Positions 28,273 to 38,353 of a DNA stretch of 64,000 nucleotides are shown here, one piece after another. The stretch lies in assembly GCA_963726255.1 (NCBI GenBank), contig CAVSBL010000002.1, positions 1,184,001-1,248,000 of the forward strand. The letters run 5' to 3'. The stretch's first letter is position 1, and the number at the start of each line of letters is the position of its first letter. This DNA is from Candidatus Bathyarchaeota archaeon. Its GTDB lineage: Archaea > Thermoproteota > Bathyarchaeia > 40CM-2-53-6. The translations under genes and the position numbers were made by a program. The notes beneath the pieces were generated by a model. The model did no database searches, was not told the DNA's origin, and saw only the letters and a program-made list of their open reading frames with translations.

Positions 28273-29640
28273 TCATTCTCCAGCGACCGTCATGTCCTTG
28301 ACTTGAGTGGTCGGCGCATACACCGGTCCTACGTTGTGAAGGTCATCTGCGCGGAGGTCCATCTTGCCCTTGAGCATATCAAAGAAGTTCGAGGTGAGTA
28401 TCACGCCCTTGACTGCTCTTGTAAGCTCCCCGTTCTCGATTAGGAAACCGCTGGTGAGTGTGGCGCTGAGCTCTCCGCTAATAGGGTTTGAAAGCCACTC
28501 TCCTATGGTTTCCACAACGTACAGGCCATTCCTAGTTTCCTTGATGACTTCGCCGGGGCTGGCGTCTCCAGGTTCGACCACGAGGTTGTTCGGGTAGGGT
28601 GCCGGGGTTTTCATGTAGTTCGGTGATGAGCTGAAGAGCCCTATGTCCCGGTGGGCATTTCCCGTAGAAAGACGGTTCTCTTTACTCGCCGTATAGTTAT
28701 CATACAGGAAGCCTCGCAGAATCCCCTTCTCGATAACCGTAGTTCGTCTCTGCGGGATTCCGTCGTCGTCAAATGGCCTCGTCCCGTTACCAGCGTCCAT
28801 TTTACCATCGTCGACAATTGTTACCCCTTCGCTAGCTACCGGTTGGCCAACCTTCCCGACCCACGGCGACCGCTTTTTCTGAATAGCGTCGGCTGTGATT
28901 GTACGGGTTAGCATAGCGTCGACAACCCCTGCGAATGCATCGTTCCGCCAAACAGTGTTCAGCTTTCCATTGGGAACTTGGGTCGCGTTCACCATTTTGA
29001 GTGCCCTCTCGGCTACTGTTCGAGCCACCCGCTTCGTCTCAAGTCCGTTCCATAGTCGTGATACGCTGATTTCGTTGCTAACTCCTTTCTTGTCCGCTGT
29101 CCCGGCCTTTACCGCGAGCGACAGTGCGGCGATTGTTTCCTTTCTTTCCAGTTTGCAACCATGAGAATTTGCGATAGCGTTCGACATTACGCTGGTTAAG
29201 AGAAAACCTCTCGTAATATCCACGGAAGCTACGCTATGTACAGTATCGATCGCAAGCCGCACTTCGTCGACAAGGCCCTTCGCTGTGACATGCTCAACGT
29301 TCTTGTCCATGGTTTTCCGAACGCTAGTTTTTCCATATTTCCGTGGCAGCGATTTCCATTCGGTGTCTTCGCTACTCGCTCTGGCGATTCGGAGGGATTC
29401 TTCGACCGCCTTCTCAATGTCCGAGCGTTCGAGGGAGGATGTGGAGAAAAACCCAATTCGCCTGTCGATAATGCCTCTAACGCTGAGCCCGGCGGCTGTA
29501 CTGGTTTTTGTTGCTTCGATCGTGTTGCGGAAGATGAGGTCGCGTCTTGCAATCCTAGTTGCGAATGCTTCTGCTTCGTTGAAGCCTTTTTTCAGTGCGA
29601 GCCTTACGGCGGTCTCGGCGGCTGAGAGAATTTCGGTCAA
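28273..29640 (-). CDS. pmbA: TldE/PmbA protease subunit
   Basis: PFDDDG.P, STGNA, NPISG..S, G.LIENGE. TTG start overlaps the tldD stop. Confidence 0.88.
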   Translation of the reverse strand: MTEILSAAETAVRLALKKGFNEAEAFATRIARRDLIFRNTIEATKTSTAAGLSVRGIIDRRIGFFSTSSLERSDIEKAVEESLRIARASSEDTEWKSLPRKYGKTSVRKTMDKNVEHVTAKGLVDEVRLAIDTVHSVASVDITRGFLLTSVMSNAIANSHGCKLERKETIAALSLAVKAGTADKKGVSNEISVSRLWNGLETKRVARTVAERALKMVNATQVPNGKLNTVWRNDAFAGVVDAMLTRTITADAIQKKRSPWVGKVGQPVASEGVTIVDDGKMDAGNGTRPFDDDGIPQRRTTVIEKGILRGFLYDNYTASKENRLSTGNAHRDIGLFSSSPNYMKTPAPYPNNLVVEPGDASPGEVIKETRNGLYVVETIGEWLSNPISGELSATLTSGFLIENGELTRAVKGVILTSNFFDMLKGKMDLRADDLHNVGPVYAPTTQVKDMTVAGE

Positions 29641-31037
29641 TCCGTCCTTCCGCCTATGGTGATCTTCCCGAGGCGTACGTGTGGGCCGCCATCTCCAACC
29701 TTGGCCATCTGTCCGTCCTTTCCGCACCCGCCAAACACGCTGGTTGAAATGGAAAAGTCCTTGCCGACTGCATCGATGGTTTTCAGCGTCTCCAGGACTT
29801 TACCTGCGAAGTTCACACCTCGAACCATGTGCTTCAACTCCCCTCTCTCGACTAGGTATGATGGGCCGGCTCGGAACGTGAAAGTCCCTCCCCCAACGTC
29901 AACTTGCCCGCCGAGGCTGCCTCTCCCTCGGATGTAAAACCCGTAGTCGATACCTTTGATGAGTTCGTCGAAGGGAAGCTCACCGGGTTGCATGTACACG
30001 TTTGTCATGCGTACTATGGGTTTATGCTCGAAATTCTGGGCTCTTGCGTTTCCTGTTGGTTCAAGCCCTAGTTCGGTTGCTGTATCCCTCGAAAGAAGGA
30101 ACCCTTGCAGCTTGCCTTTCTCAACGATAGTTGTTTTGCCCTTCGGGACGCCCTCATCATCGAATGGAACTAAATACCCGCCTGCGATTGCACCGTCATC
30201 ATACACGGTAACGGTTTCGTTTGCAATTGAGGAGCCAAGCCTTCCTTCTAGGACCGATTCCTTGGTGGTAACGAGGTCTCCCTCGGACGCATGCCCCAAA
30301 GCTTCGTGAAGAAAGAGGCCTATGAGCTCAGGGTCAAGTACAGCGGGGTAGGTTCCAGGCGGAGGCATAGGTGCAACAACAACCTTGGAAGCAAGTTGTG
30401 AAAGTTCGGCGGCGAAAGTATTCCAATCGCCGCCATCAATGAACTCGTAACCCGAACATTGGGACCGCTGCTCTGGCACGCGCTCCATAGAACCGTTTGC
30501 AGCCGCGACGCTCAGCTGGCTAAACCCGGAAGTTGTGACATCGGTTCTTACCTTTGTACCCTCAGACGAGACGAACATTCTAACGTCACGTAAGAAGCCT
30601 AGTCGCGAAGATGAGTTCTTGATGCCGCTTCCTGTGAGACCTGCTTTGTTAGCCTCCAAGAGAAGCTTGATCTTCACATCTGGTGGGACATCGTCAGGGT
30701 TGGTTCTTACAGGAATCTTCACGGTTGATTTTACGGGCTTGACTTTTGCGAGTTGTATGGGAGTGGACAGTTTCTTGGTGGCTTTCGCCATTCTGACGGC
30801 TTCCACAGCGATCTGCCGCAAATGTGTCTTGTCGAGAGCAGTTGACGATGCGAGTCCCCAAGAGCCGCCTGCCAGAACCCTGATTCCCATCCCAGTCGAG
30901 CGGTCCGATTCGTAGCTTCGTAGAGAACCATTTTCACAGATGATGAGTGTCTGCCGCAGGTCTTGAAAGCGTGCGTCTGCATATTGGGCTCCCGAGGTAC
31001 GTGCTCGGTTGAGTGTGAACTCCAAAAGGTCATCCAT
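29637..31037 (-). CDS. tldD: TldD metalloprotease subunit
   Basis: HEALGHASEGD, DDEG, TGNARA, RMTN, CGKDGQ...V..GGP. Confidence 0.92.
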   Translation of the reverse strand: MDDLLEFTLNRARTSGAQYADARFQDLRQTLIICENGSLRSYESDRSTGMGIRVLAGGSWGLASSTALDKTHLRQIAVEAVRMAKATKKLSTPIQLAKVKPVKSTVKIPVRTNPDDVPPDVKIKLLLEANKAGLTGSGIKNSSSRLGFLRDVRMFVSSEGTKVRTDVTTSGFSQLSVAAANGSMERVPEQRSQCSGYEFIDGGDWNTFAAELSQLASKVVVAPMPPPGTYPAVLDPELIGLFLHEALGHASEGDLVTTKESVLEGRLGSSIANETVTVYDDGAIAGGYLVPFDDEGVPKGKTTIVEKGKLQGFLLSRDTATELGLEPTGNARAQNFEHKPIVRMTNVYMQPGELPFDELIKGIDYGFYIRGRGSLGGQVDVGGGTFTFRAGPSYLVERGELKHMVRGVNFAGKVLETLKTIDAVGKDFSISTSVFGGCGKDGQMAKVGDGGPHVRLGKITIGGRTD

Positions 31038-31112
31038 GACGGGCGCCTTCCGATTTGAAGCGGTTAACGCCCTAGGACGACAATATATACCCTTGTCAAG
31101 AAAACGGTGCGG

Positions 31113-31979
31113 TCATTTTCTTTCCCGCAGGTTCCAAATCCCGAATTCGCCAATCGTTTCGGCGGTTTCAACGGGGTTGTACCATTTCCTCTTGGCACCA
31201 ACGATTGCACGCATCTTCCAGCCCGTGCTTTTCGGCTCATCCTCTATAACTTGAAGGAGTTGGTCTGCCTTCGAGTTCAGGTCCTTTTTCTCCTCGTCAC
31301 TGAGATTTTGAGCGCTTCCGACGTACTGACGCAGGCCACTCAGGTTTGTCGTTGCTGTGTACCAAAAACCCCAATCTGAAGCGAGTTTCGCTGCGATGAA
31401 CTTGGCGTTTATCTTATTCTTTTCCTCTCCCTCTGAAATCTCATGTGCCCGAAGGAGCAAGAGCAGATCTTTGACGTCCTTCTCGTCGGGGAATACTATC
31501 TGCAGCTTTTCGAATAACAAATCCGCGGGCGATATGGTCGGCGAATCTAACTCCAATCGTCCCCTGAAGTCCAAGGGGTGGTTGGCCGCGAGCAACTTGT
31601 CGTAGAATACGTCAACGTAAAACCAACCTTTTGGATGAAAGAAGATATGCCGCTGAGTGGCGGCCATCGACATCGTGACCGGCCTTTTCTCGTAACCCAT
31701 CTCGTCAAAGAATTCCTTCATCTTGTGCTTTCGGAATTTCATGTACGTCATAAAGTCCAGGTCGGTGTACTCCTGCTGGCCTTCTCCTAGTCGCATGAGT
31801 TTCTGTGCAAAATCCAGGAACTCAAGACAGTGGACACGAATCGCCACACCTCCAAGAAGTCGGAGCGGTATCTCTTGTTTCGCAGCTTCGTCAACTAGTC
31901 GCTTGCCTTCGTCGATGAAGACTTGGGTCGGAATAATGCCGCCCCATTCTGGGGGCATCTCGATCTTGTGATCTTCCAA
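31113..31979 (-). CDS. Putative nucleotidyltransferase-fold protein
   Basis: LGGVAI...TDLDF (GG...DxD), KLQI...KD..D motifs. Confidence 0.6.
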   Translation of the reverse strand: MEDHKIEMPPEWGGIIPTQVFIDEGKRLVDEAAKQEIPLRLLGGVAIRVHCLEFLDFAQKLMRLGEGQQEYTDLDFMTYMKFRKHKMKEFFDEMGYEKRPVTMSMAATQRHIFFHPKGWFYVDVFYDKLLAANHPLDFRGRLELDSPTISPADLLFEKLQIVFPDEKDVKDLLLLLRAHEISEGEEKNKINAKFIAAKLASDWGFWYTATTNLSGLRQYVGSAQNLSDEEKKDLNSKADQLLQVIEDEPKSTGWKMRAIVGAKRKWYNPVETAETIGEFGIWNLRERK

Positions 31980-32068
31980 AATGTGGTCCCTGCATTGTTC
32001 TCCCGTGCGCGTGAATTTTTCCTTTCTGTTTAGGGAAACCTCTTAACTATACTGTAACCAGAGCCGTT

Positions 32069-33262
32069 TTGGGTGTAACGGATTTGGTTCGCGATGAAGC
32101 GAAACTTGAACGTGTTCGGGAAATTATGCGCTCCAGAGGCCTTGCCGCCTTAGTTTTGCGCCTACCGGAGAATGTCACGTACCTATCGGGTGCTTGGTGC
32201 GGCAGGGGCCTAACTTACTTGGTTTTCCCGTTGGAAAGAGACCCAGTCCTGATACATCCCGCGGGAGAGACACTGCCACGTACATGGGTCTCTGATGTTA
32301 AGTTGTACAAATGGGAGACGTTTGAACATCTAGGCAGCGCCATTAACGTTGGGTCAGAGAACGTCCTCAAGGCATTGTCGGACATCGGAATCATTTCCGG
32401 CGCAATTGGCGTTGAGGAGCGATGGGAACTCATACTTTCGTCGCCGTTAAGGTACGAGCTAAATGTGATCGGCCAGAAGACACTTATGGTGCTAAAGGAA
32501 GAACTCAGGGCGTATGATTTGCAGGATGCCTCTGAGCTCCTGATTCAAGCACGCGGCATAAAGACCAGTGAAGAAGTAAAGGCGCTCAAAAAGGCGAATC
32601 GAATTGCATGCATCGGGCTGGAAACATTTGAGCGAAATCTGAAACCTGGCCTATCCGAAATTGAGTTATCAACTAGGATTGAGCACGAGATCATCACGCA
32701 GGGGATAATGAAGCAGCATGCCAACCGGGTTGTGGCATGCGCCTTCGTAGCATCCGGACCATCTACCGCGGAAGCCTACAAGTACGTCGTCGGGAATAGC
32801 CGGCGTAAAATGAGGCGCGGTGACCTCGTAATGTTAGAACTTGACGTGGTGGCTGACGGCTATAGCTCGGACACGACCAGAACCTTCGTCGTCGGCAAAC
32901 CTAACAGGAAACAGGCGTCGCTTCTTGAAGCGGTTCTCGATTCGGAAGCCACCGCCATATCATCGATAAAGCCTGAGGTTAGAGCAGCGAAAATTGCCCA
33001 AATCTCGATAGAGGTTATTCGACGCCACGGGCTCGGGGAGTATTTGGTGCATCGGCTTGGGCATGGGATTGGAGTTGGGGTTCACGAGCCAATTCCCGCA
33101 TTGCACGTCGAGTCAAAGGACATTCTGAAACCGGGAATGGTACACAGCGTCGAGCCTGGAATCTACGGCCCCAAGATCGGTGGAATCAGAATAGAAGATG
33201 ACGTGCTCGACACAGAAAGAGGCAGCGAATATCTATCAAACTTCCCCAGAATGCAGGAGTAG
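32069..33262 (+). CDS. Xaa-Pro peptidase (M24B)
   Basis: D...GYSSDTTRT, HRLGHGIG..VHE, EPGIY, GIRIEDD. Confidence 0.9.
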   Translation: MGVTDLVRDEAKLERVREIMRSRGLAALVLRLPENVTYLSGAWCGRGLTYLVFPLERDPVLIHPAGETLPRTWVSDVKLYKWETFEHLGSAINVGSENVLKALSDIGIISGAIGVEERWELILSSPLRYELNVIGQKTLMVLKEELRAYDLQDASELLIQARGIKTSEEVKALKKANRIACIGLETFERNLKPGLSEIELSTRIEHEIITQGIMKQHANRVVACAFVASGPSTAEAYKYVVGNSRRKMRRGDLVMLELDVVADGYSSDTTRTFVVGKPNRKQASLLEAVLDSEATAISSIKPEVRAAKIAQISIEVIRRHGLGEYLVHRLGHGIGVGVHEPIPALHVESKDILKPGMVHSVEPGIYGPKIGGIRIEDDVLDTERGSEYLSNFPRMQE

Positions 33263-33281
33263 CTCAGCGTAAAAAGGCCAG

Positions 33282-34094
33282 GTGGCGTGGAACGCGATGA
33301 ACGGGTCTGATAGACTATTTCGCCTCGCATTCGTCCGCCCCCCGTCAAACAGTTACGTTAACTGCGTTTCCACAAACCCAAACAAAACCGACATCGATGT
33401 GACACTGGCCAGGGAACAACACCGGACATATACCTCAATCCTGAGAGACGCAGGCATTGAAGTAATCGAACTTCAACCGTTGGAAGCATATCCAGATTCG
33501 GTCTTCATGCAAGACCCTGCGTTATTGGGGGCAAGTCGCTCGATAATAGGCCGGTTTGGAGAAGAGAGCCGCAGAGGTGAGGCGAAAGCACTCATCGACG
33601 ATCTGACAAGTAAAAGGGCCTCAGTTGGCACGCTAAGCGTCGTGAACGCACCTGGCACCTTGGAAGGAGGTGACATAGTTGTCACTGACAAGGGCATCTT
33701 TGTTGGTGAATCCAAACGAACCAACCCGGATGGTATTAGACAACTGAAAACTATCTTGGACGATCAGAGCGTGAAAGCGATAAGGACGGACCTTATGCAT
33801 CTCCTGTGCGGATGCTCATACCTAAACAATGGAACCATGATAATAGCGCCTGGTCTTGTAAACCCCGATTCATTCCCGGGTTTTCGGTTCGTCAAAATAC
33901 CTGACGCTGAAAGCTATGCCGCCGACGCGTTATACCTGGGTGGAGGCAAAGTCCTCATACCATCCGGGTTTTCGATAACCGTTTCGAAGCTCAAGGACGC
34001 AGGTTACACACCGGTCGAAATTGATGTCTCAGAATTTCGGAAGGGCGATGGTGGTGTAACTTGCCTCAGCTCACCAGTCTATGAACTGTTCTAG
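33282..34094 (+). CDS. Dimethylarginine dimethylaminohydrolase / amidinotransferase family
   Basis: PDSVF.QD, RRGE, LEGGD, RTN, HL, EFRKGDGGVTCLS. Confidence 0.88.
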   Translation: MAWNAMNGSDRLFRLAFVRPPSNSYVNCVSTNPNKTDIDVTLAREQHRTYTSILRDAGIEVIELQPLEAYPDSVFMQDPALLGASRSIIGRFGEESRRGEAKALIDDLTSKRASVGTLSVVNAPGTLEGGDIVVTDKGIFVGESKRTNPDGIRQLKTILDDQSVKAIRTDLMHLLCGCSYLNNGTMIIAPGLVNPDSFPGFRFVKIPDAESYAADALYLGGGKVLIPSGFSITVSKLKDAGYTPVEIDVSEFRKGDGGVTCLSSPVYELF

Positions 34095-34118
34095 TGTGAG
34101 CGGAAGTAGGTGTATCAG

Positions 34119-34712
34119 CTACCAGTGTTCATAGTGGACGACTTCTTTGATGGGTCTTCGGCCTCGCTTGAGTGATGGGGACTTAGTGTCTTCTGCTCCG
34201 TAGCCGATAGATATGACCCCGACGGGGTGGAAATGGTCTGGGATACCCAGAAGCTGCTTCATTTGATGGACGCGAAAGACCCCGGTAAAGGCTGAGGCCA
34301 AACCTTGGTTAACGGCTGACAGGAAGATCAGCATGCATGCACATCCCATATCAAAAAACCAGTACGGGGTTGGCCATTCAATCTCGGTCCCATCTTCCTC
34401 TAGCTTGTCAGGCTCTTGGTAACGGTCGTGATAGATCTTCTCGCTGACACATGCGATGATCAGTGTTGGGGCCTCCGATACGAACTTGTGAAAGCGGCTA
34501 GATGCATAGTAGTCCTTCTCACCCTGGAGTTCCCCAATCTTCTTCTTCACTTCCCCTTCGGTGATGACGATAAAGGCCCAGCCTTGGCTGAAACCGGCAC
34601 TGGGTGCATGAAGCGCCAACTCGAGTAACAGCTTCGTGGCGTCTGCTGGAACAGGTTCAGGCCGAAAATTGCGAACCATCCTGCGTTTTCGAACTAGCTT
34701 CTCGAATTCCAT
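34119..34712 (-). CDS. Nitroreductase family protein
   Basis: RRMVRNF, APSAGFSQ.W.F, L.A...GL, IGY. Confidence 0.88.
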   Translation of the reverse strand: MEFEKLVRKRRMVRNFRPEPVPADATKLLLELALHAPSAGFSQGWAFIVITEGEVKKKIGELQGEKDYYASSRFHKFVSEAPTLIIACVSEKIYHDRYQEPDKLEEDGTEIEWPTPYWFFDMGCACMLIFLSAVNQGLASAFTGVFRVHQMKQLLGIPDHFHPVGVISIGYGAEDTKSPSLKRGRRPIKEVVHYEHW

Positions 34713-34816
34713 TTCGAGTCGGTAACCTACTGCACACGTTGGGATTTGAACTATTACAAAAATGCAAGGGAAAAATTAGAAAGGAAAGGAAAAGACGATT
34801 ACCGCAGGTTTAGAAC

Positions 34817-34960
34817 CTAGTATCGTCTGTGCTTCTGGTAGCATGCCCTACAATATACTGGTCGGCCTTGTGTTGGCTTGAACGGCACTTCAGTTTCAGC
34901 ACCGCAGTCAGAACATGTAACTTTGTACATAGTTCGGCCGCCGTATCCTTCTTGACTCAT
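34817..34960 (-). CDS. CxxC-x17-CxxC small zinc-binding protein (47 aa)
   Basis: Manual translation: MSQEGYGGRTMYKVTCSDCGAETEVPFKPTQGRPVYCRACYQKHRRY; GGTG SD and a U-rich terminator; below the ORF-track cutoff. Confidence 0.9.
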   Translation of the reverse strand: MSQEGYGGRTMYKVTCSDCGAETEVPFKPTQGRPVYCRACYQKHRRY

Positions 34961-35375
34961 AATCTACTTACACCACTTTACAGGTTAGTTACGCCCAAGA
35001 TAATACTTAGAAGTAAATCCGCAGCGTACCAAGCTTTACGGTGCACATAACCGTAATTAAAGCTATACCACAAACATTTGCCAACGCTCAGCTCCGCGAA
35101 ATCACCCTTTTTCCACGGAAAACGGCTATTTTTTGCTTGAACTGGACCCTAAAAGGGGCAATTTCTAGCGAAAACCGAGAAGATTACATTCCCCGTCGGC
35201 GTTTATCGCGTTGCATCGTGTAAGCGGGCTTGCGGTGGTGAATACTTTGAAAAGCAGTTACTGGTATTGGCGACGAGAAGGCATCCCAGCTAAGGAGGAA
35301 AAGAAGGAACGGAAGGACTAGGATTGCTTGCCCGCTTCTGGCGGTTCCTAATCGGTATCCCGGGAGCTCGATTCA

Positions 35376-35627
35376 ATGAGAATTGAAGACATTCGCAACG
35401 GCATGAGGAGTATTCACATCGAGGGCAAGATCGTAGACATGAACCAATTCATGCTCGTCCTTGAAGATGAGACAGGCCGCATGTTTGTCAGATACAACTA
35501 CCGAAACCTGGTGAAGCCTGTTCAGAAAGGCGATTACGTGAAGGTCGACAATGGCGTGGCCGTCAACTACTCTGGAATCCTGCAAATCAAACTGCCCCGT
35601 AACGGCCAAGTCACATCCACCCAGTGA
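35376..35627 (+). CDS. Single OB-fold protein (SSB/RPA-like)
   Basis: I.D...GM..I.IEGKI, LEDETG, GD.V...NG.....G..Q. Confidence 0.7.
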   Translation: MRIEDIRNGMRSIHIEGKIVDMNQFMLVLEDETGRMFVRYNYRNLVKPVQKGDYVKVDNGVAVNYSGILQIKLPRNGQVTSTQ

Positions 35628-35671
35628 TAATTAGGTCATAGAGTTACCAGCATCAGCAGAAAGGGTTCATT

Positions 35672-36583
35672 GTGGCGACAGCTTCCAAGATATTCAGGTT
35701 AAGCCGTGCCCAATTCCTGCCGGTCATTCTCTCCCCAGTTGTTGTGGGCACTGCCCTCGCATGGTGGACTAACCGAATATTCAACCCGTTACTGTTTGGC
35801 TTAGTTTTGTTGGGAAGCATTTCGTTTCACCTTGCGGCAAACACCATCGATGACGTCTACGATTTTGAGAGCCAAGTTGACGTCGTGTCAAACAGACTGT
35901 TTCCACCTGATTTTGGCGGTTGGAAAATTCTGCCGCGAGGGTTAATGACGTTTGGCCAGGCGAAACTTGCAGCCTACGTCTTTTTCATGCTAACCATAAT
36001 TGTCGGCCTCTTCTTGACCATCCTTACAGGGCCGTTCGTCCTATTGCTTGGTGCAGTCGGGCTCTTCTTTGCATACTTCCACGTCGCCCCGCCGCTTAGG
36101 CTTGGATATCGAGGGCTTGGTCTGAGTGAGCTTGGAATTTTCCTTTCCTTCGGTATTCTCCCCGTCGTTGGATGCTTCTACGTGCAAACCGGCCAGGTAT
36201 CCCTCCTGCCCGTCCTCATGGGAACACCGCTGGGATTACTGACTGCGGCCATTCTAATCAACCACGACCAGATTTTCTTCGACGCTTACCAAACTGCTGG
36301 CAAGAAGAGTTACACGGTAACTGTGGGACGCAACAAGGCCGTGGCCACAGCATTCACCATAGCGCTGGCATCATACGCGATAGTGATCGGGGCCGTCGTG
36401 GTGGGGCTCCTCCAACATTTCGCGGCCTTAGTTCTCCTAACACTCCCCCTTTACTTGATTCAGACACGACTGTACCTGAAACCTGCGGAGTCTCCTTTAC
36501 ATTACGTTAAGCTCACGCAGTCAACCTTCGCGCTCTCGGTAACGTTCGGCCTGCTACTCGCAGTCGGCCTACTCATCGGCTAA
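35672..36583 (+). CDS. menA: UbiA-family prenyltransferase, MenA-like
   Basis: N..DD.YD....D, Y...PP..L.YRGLG..E, N.....D....GKK; about 8 TM segments. Confidence 0.75.
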   Translation: MATASKIFRLSRAQFLPVILSPVVVGTALAWWTNRIFNPLLFGLVLLGSISFHLAANTIDDVYDFESQVDVVSNRLFPPDFGGWKILPRGLMTFGQAKLAAYVFFMLTIIVGLFLTILTGPFVLLLGAVGLFFAYFHVAPPLRLGYRGLGLSELGIFLSFGILPVVGCFYVQTGQVSLLPVLMGTPLGLLTAAILINHDQIFFDAYQTAGKKSYTVTVGRNKAVATAFTIALASYAIVIGAVVVGLLQHFAALVLLTLPLYLIQTRLYLKPAESPLHYVKLTQSTFALSVTFGLLLAVGLLIG

Positions 36584-37191
36584 GCCAGTGGCGCAATTAC
36601 GAAGATCAGCAAATCAAACAAGACATGTGAAACTATAACCGTTGGTAAACTCCCGGTTGTCTTGTAGATGTAGCCCCAGACAAGGCCTCCGATGAATGCG
36701 GTCATGATTAGGGGCAAGTTCAGAGTGGGTAGATGAATCAACGCGTAAACGCAAGTTGTAATGAAGAACCCCATGCTGGATCCCAATTCCTCTGAGAACC
36801 TTCGTTGAATTAATCCGCACCAGTAGAGTTCCTCCCCCGGGCCTATTGGAAACAGCAACACCAACACGATGAGATAGCTCGGGATAGATCGAAGCCCGTA
36901 GACTTGCCCAACGCCTTGGCTGAAGATTGGGTTTGACTTAGTCACCTGGAAACCGAAGTAGAACAGCATGTACAACAATACACCACTTACCACGCCCACT
37001 AGAAGCAGTCTGCCGTTGAAGTGAACTAGCTCCTTAACGCCGTTCACTGCGACCGCAACAAGCAGGAGAGCGAGCGTGGAGAGAGTTAACATCACCCAGA
37101 ATTCTAGCGGCTGAATAACGAATACAAGCACCCACAAGATTGAGGCTAGAGCAAGCGAGAGAGCCGCCAACTTGAACGGGCTAGCACGCAA
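36580..37191 (-). CDS. CPBP (Abi/CAAX) intramembrane metalloprotease
   Basis: EEL(Y)W.G, YA..H and SH...D motifs. Confidence 0.82.
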   Translation of the reverse strand: MRASPFKLAALSLALASILWVLVFVIQPLEFWVMLTLSTLALLLVAVAVNGVKELVHFNGRLLLVGVVSGVLLYMLFYFGFQVTKSNPIFSQGVGQVYGLRSIPSYLIVLVLLFPIGPGEELYWCGLIQRRFSEELGSSMGFFITTCVYALIHLPTLNLPLIMTAFIGGLVWGYIYKTTGSLPTVIVSHVLFDLLIFVIAPLA

Positions 37192-37225
37192 AGACTGGCC
37201 TCAGTTACTTTTCCCAAATCAGCGT

Positions 37226-38230
37226 TCAGGTTGCAGCGAACGCTCGCATGGCTGCGCTAACGTCCCCGATGGGCATGATTATGGGCAGCTCTACCCCAGC
37301 CTTTCTGTAGTCCTTCAACCGCTCAACGCAGTGATCCGCGCTCCCAGTCAATGTGAGGGCGTCGACGACTCCGTCGGGCATGACCTTCGCAGCTGCAGCG
37401 AAGTCTCTTTTACGCCAAGCCTCTTTGATGGGTTCAAGGTCCTTCTCCTTCAGCCCGTACGGCTCGAATATTTCGGGCTTGAGAACTTCAGCAACCTGGT
37501 AGAGCAGGAAGTAGTATGATTTCATCAGGTTACGGGCTTGCTGCACGTCGCCAGATACTGCGGATAGAATGTAAGAGGCAACATCAACCCTCTTGCCACC
37601 ACGTTCCCCTTCCCTGACAAAACCGACTTTCTGCCGCGTGACTTCAGGCGTCATCAGGGCGGGGGAGATGACTACCCCATCCACAAGCTTGGGGGCCATC
37701 CTCAAGGAGAGAGGCCCGAAGGCTGCTAAGTAAATTGGGAACTTACGGGACGGTTTCGTTTCCAGCTTGATATCTACAACTTTGAAGAATTCCCCGTCGA
37801 GGGAAACCGCGTCACCGTTGAGTAGCCCATTGGTTATGGTTAGGAATTCTTGGATACGCTTCAGCGGCCTAGTTTCCTTCACCGGAAAGACATTCACATT
37901 GAGTTTAGGTAACCAGGGGAATCCGCCTAGGCCAACCCCCATAATCACCCTCCCCGCTGACATTTCATTCAGGGAGAGAAACGTCGTAGTCGCCAGCAGC
38001 GGATGGCGAGTTACTACGCTCACACAACCCGAACAGAGCTTGATCTTGCTTGTTGCTGCCGATGCGCTTGAGAGGAGTGTGACTGCGTCTTTGATGAAGG
38101 GGTGCTCATGAAGCCAGAAGGCCTCGTAGCCATGTTCTTCAGCCGCTTTAGCATACTCCCCTGCCTCTCTTCCGGAGATGGTCGGGTTGAAGCCTATGGC
38201 GATTCTTTCCAAAGCGAGTTCTAGACGCAC
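37226..38230 (-). CDS. LLM-class flavin/F420-dependent oxidoreductase (Mer-like)
   Basis: AE..G....W..EH, RHP, S.GR...G.G.G, PIY.AA.GP. Confidence 0.85.
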   Translation of the reverse strand: MRLELALERIAIGFNPTISGREAGEYAKAAEEHGYEAFWLHEHPFIKDAVTLLSSASAATSKIKLCSGCVSVVTRHPLLATTTFLSLNEMSAGRVIMGVGLGGFPWLPKLNVNVFPVKETRPLKRIQEFLTITNGLLNGDAVSLDGEFFKVVDIKLETKPSRKFPIYLAAFGPLSLRMAPKLVDGVVISPALMTPEVTRQKVGFVREGERGGKRVDVASYILSAVSGDVQQARNLMKSYYFLLYQVAEVLKPEIFEPYGLKEKDLEPIKEAWRKRDFAAAAKVMPDGVVDALTLTGSADHCVERLKDYRKAGVELPIIMPIGDVSAAMRAFAAT

Positions 38231-38353
38231 TGTTTCTTGGCAAATTTATCATTATCTGGGAAGCAGTAGGCTTCCACGACGCTTAGGTTGCCGCCGGCAA
38301 AAACCAGTGAATTCGCTTATCAGGCCGGATGGGTTGAAGGAGTCGAATGAAAA

